DNA of 61,715 nt, filler included, from Choristocarpus tenellus KU-1152 (Eukaryota; Protista; Phaeophyceae), in NCBI GenBank assembly GCA_964200185.2. It is 11 parts of 11 records of this genome, joined end to end, with 100 filler letters (N's around TTAATTAATTAA, not from the genome) between each part and the next. Parts side by side here need not be neighbours in the genome. Positions count along the whole stretch, not along the records: positions 50,605 to 61,715 come from CAXNAD020002500.1; 10 more parts are not named here. One strand, written 5' to 3'. The notes under the pieces are model-generated. The model did not search any database. It had not been told where the DNA came from and saw only the letters and a list, made by a program, of their open reading frames with translations. The position numbers were made by a program, and so were the translations under genes. The first letter of the stretch is position 1. Every line of letters starts with the position of its first letter. This document shows, in pieces, positions 50,830 through 61,715 of the stretch.

Positions 50830-52290
50830 CGTTCATACACAGGTACAGGATTCGCAGCGTTAGAGCCTTAACTATCACATTTCCTTGTTGAGCGCCGAAA
50901 ATGGGCGTTGTCCGTGTTTCCTGGACGGGTGATATATTTTTTCATCAAGGCGCAAGGGCGAGGGAGAACAGGCTTGAGTTGATCGAAAATTTTGTTGATT
51001 TCTCGAATGAATGCAGGCGGGGAGAAAGCCTTAATCAACTTTATACGTCCAACCCCAAGTCCAGGAAAAAAAGAGAATGTATGGCATCTTGCAAGAAGTG
51101 GGAGACACCAAACCACTGGTGTGCATATAGTCTCAATCTCACCTCCTCTTCTTCCATTGTGCCCTTGTCGATGGCTACCTCCAGCTGCTTCGTGACCTCT
51201 GCGAAGTAAAGGATTTGGTGGTATCGAAAGTCTCCACAGCTGCCTTTGTTACGATCGCTTTCTCCTCCGCCTTGCGAGCCCTTTCAACCTTCTTTCGGGC
51301 TTCAGAGCCCTTGTAGCCCAACCCTAACACCTTCTTTCTCGTTTCCTTAAGCCACTCTGGCTCGCATAGGTTTCAAACAGCCAGGGCCTGATGCAACTGT
51401 CGACTACTAAGATATCCTATACCTGGGTTCTTGCTTAGGCATTTCCTGAGCGCAATTGCACACAGCACACTTCCCTCTTCCTTAAGCTTCCCTTCAGGTG
51501 GCCACCTCGGTTCTCCCTTTGCTCGCCATGACCAGGCTTCCCAACAGACTTCATCACTATACCACCTGGTGATGGACTCGCCTCTCTCTTCCTACTTTCC
51601 CCAGGCTGCGCCGTGCTCCGCATTGGTTGAAGATCCAACCACATTTATGTGGCAATGCTTTGACCCTGCATCTTCTCTCAGCATCAGCGTCGTGGCCCTG
51701 TGATCCATTTCGCGATTTGCTTATACTGCTGCGCCACACTACTTTCACTTTCTTGTCACCTAACATCGCACTGACCGTCACATGGTACTTGCTTTTCCGT
51801 CGTCTCGACAGAGAAGGTGCAGAGGGTAGATCCAGGGGGCAAAGTGGCCTCGGCAACTCTCCTCGTCTCACCGTCATGGTTCATGTTGCTGTGTGTTTGC
51901 TCACAAAGAGTCTACAAAAGGCATTAAAAAGATGTCTGGAATCTTGGGGGGGGGTTCTGCTTTTTTTTCAGTAGGGTCGCACCAGCCATACTTGGACAGC
52001 GACCTACCCCAGACCAGGTTTTTGCAAGGAGTTCAGCCAACCACTTCATTTTCGTATGTTTTTAAGTCGTGATATTCAAAATTCCGTCAGAGATATTCCC
52101 CCGCGTTTTTTTCCATTATTTTATCAGGACAAAGTTCCCGTTCATCGAAGTTTGTACATTCCTGTATACAAACTTTCAAAAGCTCTTGTCATACCCTTTC
52201 ATTTGATATAAATTGTTGTATATCCATTGCAGCGATATGGTGAAAAAATCTATATTCCCACAGAGGGCGAAGCTACTGGTACCACCTTAG
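50830..52290 (-). mobile_element. Second decayed copy of the IS630/Tc1-like transposon
   Basis: Reverse-complement collinear with 42040-43290 (VSAMLGD.KV.V.WRSS; WCLPLLARC.TF). Confidence 0.82.
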
Positions 52291-52875
52291 GATCATAATA
52301 CTTTCCATCCCATTTTTTTCTTCTACTCAACACTGAACATGTTCTTGCTGTCAGCATCATCCGTCCATCCATCGAATAGAGAGGCATAGTATACCACTTC
52401 AAATAACACAGTGTGCCCAAGACGAAATATTTTATCCCATGACTGAATTATCTACATGTATTCATACCTCATTCCTGCCCTCTAATTGATTATGTAACAG
52501 GTACAAGCAAGGCATGACATGCCACATTTTACCTCTCCGATTTGCTAGCATCAAATCTTCATAGTGCATTCAGGCACACTTTGCCTGGTACGCAGGACAA
52601 ACAGCCTTTTTGTCTTCTCTCCTCAGGGCAGGATTTGTCTTTCTTCAAATCACTAACCACTACATGAAGATACATGATGTGTAGCTGTAGCACATGTTTA
52701 ATTACACGTACATTGACACCAAACTAGGGTACAACACAAAGCATACATGCAATAAACACAAGCCACAAGAGCAAATATTACTGTCGTACCTCATTGAAGC
52801 CAACACTGAGTCCACATGAAGAGAGTAGCTATGCCAATAGGGAAAAGAACACACATGTCAGTTTTAGAGGTTGAT

Positions 52876-53132
52876 GAGTCAAAGTATCTTAGAGGGTAGA
52901 GCTGCGTCCATTCGGGGGCCAAAATCCAATGTTGCGATTTTGATGTAATTTGGACTATCATGTTGTTAGGAAGTGTCAATATCCTTGTTCGGATACCTTT
53001 TCATAGCGTATACACCTTACCTACTCCAAAACATTTCGGAATAGGTTAAATGTCATAAAAATTTCCCATGGGAAGCCAAGCCCAAAACGGACAAACAGGG
53101 AAAAACTCGTACCCTCTAAGATACTTTCACTC
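52876..53132 (+). mobile_element. MITE family A
   Basis: 4-bp TSD TGAT. Confidence 0.93.
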
Positions 53133-53763
53133 TGATGGCACATGCCACAACACCATATCATAGTCACAACTAAGTGTGGGGTAATAACCCACACAGTTTT
53201 TGGAGTAGGAAGAGACGAAACAAGCATCATGTTGACAGTTTCGATGAGATTCTCTAAGAGAAATTGACATAGTTTGGGCCATGACTGTCCCAAAATAACA
53301 CCACACTGGTAAAAATTGATCACAGACATTTGATACCCCGTTTGGTCGATATGTATACCATCACATACGTGAAGAACAAATACATAAATAAATAAATACA
53401 TAATACACAAAATGTAGCATCTGCATCTCGATGAACTAAAACTGAATCAAGGATCAAAAGTCGTTTTGATAAGAAAAAACTCCATAGCCAATTGTTTCAA
53501 AAGCCTGAATAAACTCAGAAAAAATGGATCTTGTTGCTGGACCTTTATCTTGTTGAGCTCTGAGTTAAAGCTTTCCCACAATACTTTGATGTGTGTAACA
53601 CCTCCTATCCTTACAAATCAGCATGTGTAGGTTAAAACGTATTGTTGCATAGAACCATACAAGGCAGCACTGATGACTTGAAAAAAACTACCTGCTTTCA
53701 ATAGTGGTCATTCATCTCCTTCTACAGTGTTTCAACCATTGTAAACCGCATCAGTCATGCTGA

Positions 53764-56700
53764 CTACACATTGCTTTCCATTCCTGTTGGACGGACACGC
53801 TTGGAGGGCGGAATTGTTTCCAGCAGAGCACCCCTTCCCTCTTCTAAGGAATCATGTTCAGCAGGAACAGAGGTGGAGACGGTTGGGACAGAAGCAGAGG
53901 CAGAAGTAGTAGCAGTGGCGACTGCAGCAGCAGAACTATTGACAGTTGCTTCTGGTTGCTCAACCCTATGCATCAGTGCTCTCTCTTTGTTACGCCGCTG
54001 GTGGGCATACCTTCAACACGTGGGAGATGGGGGCACAGGAAAGGATGGGAACAGAAAATAGTAAATGTTGTAGGTACACAAGGGTTTGAGCACAGAACCT
54101 ACACAGAAACAAAAACAAAGCACTGTAATATTTCTTCTTGAACACTTGCTTGTATCTGATAGAGGTCTCCAATGCAGACAACCATCCACACAAAACAGTT
54201 CACTCAACCCACACACACACCTCTCCTACCCTCTTACCCTCTTACCCTGACTGGAAGGCAGGAGGATGTATCATCCAAGGAAGGAGTTTTCCCTGTATCA
54301 GATTTGGTCGAGCTGAGCACTGATCGGGGGAGGGGGAGGTTACTCACCAGTGGTTCTTTATATCATTGTCACAGCGACCCTGGAGGGCCTTGCCAATGAG
54401 GACCCACTTGTTGTCATGAATAGCATGTTGCTGTACAAGGATTCGTTCCTATGCCAAGAGAGGAAAACATAGCACCATAAAAAAAAGACGCAACAAAAAG
54501 GGTGAGGATGTTGCCACAAAGGTTTCAGGGTGAAGGATATGACAGAGATATAGAATCAAAGTTTTGAAGATTCTGACATGACTCCAACTTTTGGTCAAAC
54601 AGACAAACAATTATCCTTTACCCAAAAGACGATCATATCATAGGACAATGTACAGGCACAACTTTTCCAGTCTGACCTGGTAGGGAGGGCGCTAGATATC
54701 AGTCAAGGACCAGGAGGGAGGACTTCAGGGGAGGAGGGAAGGGGGGGGGGTTAAACGGAGTCAGACACCAGACAAGAGTAGCAACTCGAATCCAACCAAC
54801 ACATAACAGTGCTATGAGTCATGCACAGAAGTGTATGTAGAGGTTTGCACATTTTATTTAGGTGATACCTGTGCTGAGGTGCAGGGTAAGAAAACTTTCA
54901 CTTTGTGTGTTCCAAAAGGTTATCCAGAGCAAACAATGCACAACTGCCACAATACCATGGCATTGGTTCAATCCTATAAAATGTTGAATGCTTACAACCA
55001 CTAAAATCCTTAACCTCCTTGTCCAAAACCACACACAAAACTCAAAATACCCTCCTGTGTATATAACTTAAATGCTGAAATGCTGAAATGAACAACTAGC
55101 TCCAAGCCGGCTCAAGTACTACCATCTTCAACAGTCAAACATAGTGAATAATGGTGTGTACTCAGCAATAACCAAGCCCAACTACAGCCTATCACCCCCT
55201 CTAACCAGAATTTTTTTTCTGAGAGTTGAATATAAAATCAACTATTGCACCTCCTCTTCTGTCCACGGACCCTTCTTCAGGTCTGGATCAAGATGGTTCA
55301 GGTAACGTTCACGTATCTGCTTGCCCACACGTGTCTGCTTCCCATCCTCCGACTTGAGCTTTGAGGCAATAATGCTCCATTTATGTCCAAACTGCTCTAC
55401 CATCTGAAGGTAGGGGTAGCACAGCAGGACCAGGAGGAGAGTCACAGAGCAACAGCAGATGCAGGACCATGGGGAAGTGGAGGCATGAAAATCGTGGAAG
55501 GAAAGAGTTGGAAGTACAAGCAGGAAGGGAAACACACAAATCCCTCCACCAAGACAAAAAGAAGATGTGGATCTTCTATCTAAAGCAAAACTGAACCATG
55601 CATGGAACTGCTATTTGTAAGGGGGGGGAAAGCATCACACCAAGGATGACACAATCAACAAAAGTATGGGATGCAAAGCTTTCAATGCATCACCCTCCTT
55701 GGCCCCTCCCCTCATGTTCAGGAACACAAATAGAACTAAAAAATATGGCAGATTGCTGATTTCCCTCGGAAATGACATATATTGTCACTGGGTGAATATG
55801 AGGGGGTTGGTGGGTCAGAGAGAGGTGTATTGGCATAAGCTGACAGCATTATACCATTGTTGGTTTCACTCAATCATACCGCGCTACTGACCAAACCACA
55901 ATCCTACTAAAGAAATATACATCTCTGCTCACACTACTGACATGTACCCTCTCAAGTACACACAAGAACCCTCAACTGATCGCTCTCCCCTACACTTCTC
56001 AACAAGCCCACTGACCAGTGCGAGGAACCCCCCCCCGAGCACATAAAGCACCACCACGTTCACCCAAAGGGGCAATGGGAAAAAGCGCAACAGCTTCAGC
56101 AGCGAACCAGTTGCCAAATGCTTCCAAAGTATTTTAGAAAATTTCATCATCCCAACTCCCCTGTAGAGACCTTCATGCCCACTACAATGGGAGGAGGAAA
56201 TAATTGACAAATCGTTTGGGTTCCCTTAGCGTACCATATTGTGACAGGAGTTGTGCACTAGCAGAAAACAGAGTGACTCATCACCCACCCATCTCTCCAT
56301 TACCACCACCTTTTTCCTTTCTCCCTTGCCCCTCATATACTTCCCAGCCCAGCAAAGCAAGATTAGGTGATAGGATACCTCAATGATCCGTGCATCCTCC
56401 TCTGGCTTCCACGATCCTTTTCCCTTGGTGAGATCTGGATTCATCACATGGTTCCAGTGCAGCATGCACTGGAGGTCTGTCTTGGGTGGAATCTATGTTA
56501 ACAAGGGTACATATCAATCAGGGAAGGGGAAAGAGTGATAGGTGTCCCTATGTAAGACATTCCCAAAAACAGTGAGATTTGGGGAGCTCATAGTCATAAA
56601 GGTTAACAGAAGGATTCAAAACAGACTTCAAGGACAATGGAATCTCAGACATAGTGTACCCTGGTTGTAGTCCAGGAGGACTCACATCCTATACCCTTGT

Positions 56701-59700
56701 CAGACATTGAGATGCTGTAACACTACCGAAGCAGTGGTCCAAAGTGGCACCTGCCTTGGTGTTACATAAATAGTGGTACCTCAATATCTTGACAATATCA
56801 TTGGTCATGGTTTCAAATTCTAGCAGGCCGCTTTCTACACTTCCTACAGTGAGATAAAGACAAGTACAGGCAGCAGGCAGATACTAATTGGTTGGTGGTC
56901 TATGGATAAACTGGGCAGTGTCCTGACCACTGGATTTTGTCAAGATCTTGAGATACCATGACACCGCTGAGGCAGTAGTCCTGTCGGTGGTACAGCAGCA
57001 TCTCAAAATCTTGTCAACCCTTCAACATTCAAGCCTTATCTCCTTTTCATTTCCCAAGTGGTCACTTCGGGTTTGGGAGGCACGAAGGCTCAAAGGAGGA
57101 TGCCACAAGATCGAGAGCACAAGCTGGGAGTGAACATATTATCTAATGGATTGATTTTTTTTCAGTGTTTGGTCTGGGAGGGAGGGAGTTTTGCAGCATA
57201 TAGTTTACAATGGACTGGCAACAAGCTTTCAAAGGGTACAGATGATGCAAGTGATGATATTACTGTAATGCCCCAATATCAATGCATGTCGTATCAAACA
57301 AGAGCTACGTACACTGCATGATCTACAGATATTTGACGGCTGTCAAATCAAAGGTAACACACGCCTTAAAAACACAGTCAGAGCTAGCAGCGCTTGCTGT
57401 ATAACTGCTTCCTGAACAAAAAATAATCTCACTATCATACATCAAACGATCAACCTGTGTATATCCTTCTTAGACATCAAACTAGAGGTGGTCCTTTGTA
57501 AAATGAAAGGTACTGTCAACTGTAGGGGTACTGTGCTGCAGTACTCTCAGTGAATTGTACTGTCACAGTCGTGTAAAGCCAAGTAGTACATCTTTTTCAT
57601 TCTCCCTTACCCCTTTACTCTCTACCCCCTCTCCCTGACACAACCATACAACCCTCTAGCCTCCCACTCACCCTTTTGGCAATGGAGGTCCAGTTCTTTG
57701 CTCCATTTTGCTCTACAAGGAACTTGAGCATTTCACTTTGATGAGGTAGCCAGCGCTGTGCTGGTTGAACTACTGGATATAGGCGATGTGGGGGTGAGGC
57801 TACTTCCATTACACCTGAGGTAGCTGCCCCCCCTGATGGTCTCTGAACGCCCAAGTACAACAGGAAGAAGAGGAGGGAAGTGGGTGAGAATGAATGCATG
57901 TAAGACTGTAGCACTTGATAGACATGCTTACATGCAATCAAAACCTCAGATGAACCTATACCTCACGATTGTTTTTGGACAAGTGTAAAGCTGATTTGTC
58001 AAGGTTGCTATAGCATTATGAAAAGGGTGCACTCTTATCTTCATTAGTTGAACACTTGGAGAAACAATAGAGGACTACTGTACACTAGGAAAGAAACACA
58101 AACTACAAAAAGAGGTCAAGGCTTCAGCCATTAAGGTAAGCATGAACTTGTGTAACCATCTGTGGGAAGGGGTGAGGGGAGATGGCAAGAGATGGAGTCG
58201 CAAGCCCCCTGTGATGTATCAACCTTTCAAAGTCGGGATTTATATGCTTGGGGTTGTTACCTATAAGTGATAGATAAAGGAAACGGGTGGAACCCAAATT
58301 AGAAGGGTTAACTAAGGGTTACATCCGATCGATTAGTCGAAATAACAATTATCAAGAAACAATTATCAAGCGGAATTGAGCGCATTATCCAATTAATCCA
58401 TGTACGCCGTTACACTGTGGGGGTATCCTGACAAAAGTATAGTGTATCATTTTTGGGAATGTCATCATGTGACAGATGGAAGGTTACACCCTGGTTACTG
58501 CTCTAGGCCTGTTCTTGTGAGGAAGGTAAAAAAGAATGGGAGCTATGCTCTACCAGCCACGTGACTTTTTACAAAGAACCTGTGTTGTTCAGCAGCTGCA
58601 TGAAGTACACAGCAGTACACAAAGACCCAACCACAAATTACATCAACATCAACATCAAACAGAACAGGTTTTGAGCCATAAAAATATTTCCCAGTTTATC
58701 TGATGTTGATTGGCCAGCACTCATCCAATTAAAACCCTAGGCAGCAAACCTAGTCGATTCACAACCTGAGAAAAAAAGTGGTAACATGATCCTGTTTTCC
58801 ATCAACGCCTCATCTGGTTTCATAGCAATGGTGCATTGTGCGGAGTGACATGATACTGTCTCCTCCGTAATTGGGTACCGTCTATGTCTTTAAAGGAACT
58901 TGGGTTGTCGGGGTGCAGTGGTGGGGAGGGTTAATTTGATGGAACTCTCTAGAGAATGAGATGCAGTGGGGGAAGTGGGGATGTGGACTGATATGAATAC
59001 ATGGCGACATACGAGATATTTAAGAGAGCTTGGTTGAGGTACAATCAAAAGAGGAAGAGAGATGGCACACCAAATCATGTGTGATATGCAGAAGCTGCAA
59101 ATTTAGAATAGAGCTGAGACATATGGTAACCCCCTCACCAGTAGTACTTCCTCCTTCCCCTGGTACAGTGGTCCTTACCCACCCCCATTTGATCACCTTA
59201 TTACCTTTTCCGCTTGTTCTAATGTGGATGGACCAGTCAATCGATGACAATGAAGGGGCCCCCTCTCTTACCTCTGACCCTCCATCAGAATGCAACTGTC
59301 GCTTGAAAGAACCACGAGTTTGCGCTCCTAAGCGTTCCATTCCTTCCCCAGCCCTACTACCAACCCTGGTTACAGCCCCAGCTCCAGCACCAGTCGTAAC
59401 TCCCACCCCTTCAACCTGAGCCATGAGCCCCCCCTCACTCTCTGCTGCTGTCCCTGACCCACCCCTCGTCCTGATTCCAAACCTGGTTTCCAGAGTACCA
59501 CCTGTATCACCCCCCCATATCCCCATTCCAGTCCCCAAATGTGTCCCATGTGTGTTAGCTGTCCCAATCTTGGTACTGGTACTGTTGTCGCCATTGTAGC
59601 TAACCCCGCAACGGGTTTCCTCCCTTCCACCACTATTACACATTGATCCTGAACCCCTTGTCATGGTAAACCAGTGGTTCTTGGTGGAGTTCACGCTTCG

Positions 59701-61597
59701 GCCTGGCACAGAACGTGCAATAAGGGCCCACTGGGATTGGGGGACAGGGCGCGCGCGCGCGCGCGCGCGCGCGCGTGTGTGTGTGCAAGTGTCAAGGCGA
59801 GTTGTTAGGTTGGTGAGGGGATTATGTGCTGCAAAAGACTCAAGAGTTGTATAAAAGGAGGAATATGGACAACTAAGACAATGACAAAGTACATGTGGCA
59901 TGGGAGGGTGCTTCATCTGTACAGCAATGAAGATAACACACAATTCTGAACCCATCAGCATAGGCAGAAGGGGACTCTTACTCTCTCTCACCCCCAATCC
60001 CCCATCATCCTCTAATCGCAAAAAAATACACATGGTAAACATCACCCACGTCAAAATCTTTCTATTCTGCAGCTATCACAACCACAGAAGGCTGTAGTGC
60101 CCAGTAGTGCCCCATGGGTGTGGCTTACCCTTGGTCCGAGCCTGTTGTAGGCCAGTCTAAGCGCTTCCTCTTCTTCTGCAGTCCAAGCTCCCTGCTTTAA
60201 GCTGTGCAGCCATAGATATATTTCAGAAGCCACATCAGCGTTTGAAACATCAATTGAGGATCATGAAGAGAAAAGTAACAACATGCAACTTATATCAACC
60301 CCAAAATGGAAACATCGCAATTCAACACCGTAAGCCGGGCTCAGCGATAGAAAAAACCTTCCAGTTAGAAGCAGTTGCGAGGTCCTCAGTTTGCAGATGT
60401 TATGCCTCATACAGTAAAGTCTCTGTTGCCCTCAGCTACCTCTCCCTAGTACAGGGTGCAGTGGTCGGTGTCCTTCACGGGACAAAGCACGGTGAATCGG
60501 GATCACACTGACTCACATTCACAAACACACCAACACAGACTTGGAACTGAGCAGAGTACCCCGCCTTTCCTTACATGTCTGGATTCTCCAATGACCTGTA
60601 CCCAATACAATTATACAACATGTGCTACTGTATTGCAACAGTTGAGGTTTCTGTGGTTAAAACGATTGAGAGGAATAGGACACAGAAGTATGTGGGTCCA
60701 AGTCTCATGGCACATGACCACCACTACAACTAAGTAAACATGTCTTTTAGGCGCCTTCTTCCCTCACCTAGGGTCGAGGTGGTTTGTATATCGCTCCCTG
60801 ATGCGCTTCCCCAGTCTTCTCGGCATGTGCTTTGCAATGGCTGCCCACTTGGTGCCATGCTCTTCCACAAGCTTTCTCAGTTGTTGATCCTGGAGTGTTG
60901 AAGCCATTACAGGGCTGTTACGATAAATGTACAGTAGTGAAGTAGAAGGCTCCTTGTGTTCTCCTTGTACAAAGTTGACTACCATGGACAAAGCATTGAT
61001 CATGGGAAGTTGGACTAGAAACTCAGAAGATGCCGGGATATTGACGTCTCAGCACATTGTATCACACATTGCACTTACAACTGCACATAACAGTGCAAAG
61101 AAATAGTGCCCATCACTTACACAATCTCAATGTCTTAGATTCTGGAGTCAGGGAAGAAACCCCTTTGGAAGAAAGACGTATACCCTTGATGCTCATCATA
61201 TTGTACCCCTGGCTGCACATGCCAATCACTGGCAGGATAATGGAACTAGTAATGTTATCAATATGGGGTCAGTGCCAGTGTCAGCAACAACTCTTGTGTG
61301 GCAGCTAAAACTTACCACCACAAAGTTCATTCAGAGCTCTAGAAAAAAAAAAGTGTGAAGAGCTTGAGATTCTATTATTATTTGTACACATGAGTATATT
61401 AGGGCATGGATTGCAAGAGCGAAGAATAGGCAAAAGGGTGCCAATCAAGTGACTGTGCAGGACAAAAAGAGAGCAATGAGAGGGTGCCAAATCAGGTACC
61501 CACCTCCTCAGGTGTCCACGCCCCACGTTCAATACTAGGGTGTAGAACATGCTTCCAGTGCTGCAGGCACTGCACTGGTGATCGGCCTGGGACATGA
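53764..61597 (-). CDS. MYB transcription factor with at least six repeats (two R1R2R3 modules), 5' end outside window
   Basis: Nine phase-compatible exons: 61597-61504, 60889-60768, 60201-60129, 59730-59179, 57842-57672, 56492-56379, 55403-55251, 54448-54348, 54010-53764 (TAG). Motifs QCLQHWKHVLHP, GKRIRERYTNHLDP, GRSVNSTKNHW; QCMLHWNHVMNP, GKQIRERYLNHLDP, GRCDNDIKNHW. Confidence 0.9.
59749..59785. repeat. (GC)n-(GT)n alternating purine-pyrimidine tract
   Basis: About 13 GC then 5 GT units, ~17 nt upstream of a MYB acceptor site. Confidence 0.9.
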
Positions 61598-61715
61598 CTA
61601 TAAGCAGGGACAGGTGGGCAATCAGGGCTCAGGCAGGTGTGTGTGTGAGGGGGGGGGGAGCAACAACAAACTGCATGTTACTTGATCTATTAGCTCGACC
61701 CTCTCAAGCAAAAAG

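Overview
Eukaryotic, intron-rich, repeat-dense DNA made of 11 contig pieces joined by an artificial 100-nt linker (N44-TTAATTAATTAA-N44) at 5973-6072, 10973-11072, 17303-17402, 21992-22091, 28611-28710, 31308-31407, 36853-36952, 39455-39554, 43945-44044 and 50505-50604, so adjacency across linkers is meaningless. Gene style, Copia type and TTAGGG repeats suggest a stramenopile, probably a brown alga (inference). Host genes (all partial): a TTC12-like/coiled-coil gene head-to-head with a PPR gene, a Sec1/Munc18 gene, an RNase Z exon, an EF-hand gene, a MYB gene with two complete three-repeat modules, and tRNA-Lys(CUU). Mobile DNA: about 15 copies of a ~255-bp GAG...CTC MITE with mixed 3- and 4-bp target duplications, a G-tract sister MITE found at 9 contig ends, decayed IS630/Tc1-like transposons, a Copia fragment and unclassified relics. 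Best novel-system candidate: contig 17403-21991, where a spliced Sola-like transposase gene and a spliced ParB/Srx-like (DGNHR) gene diverge from an array of three ~269-bp repeats, two of which carry the perfect palindrome GATCCGATCGGATC. All family calls come from motif recognition by eye; no searches were run.
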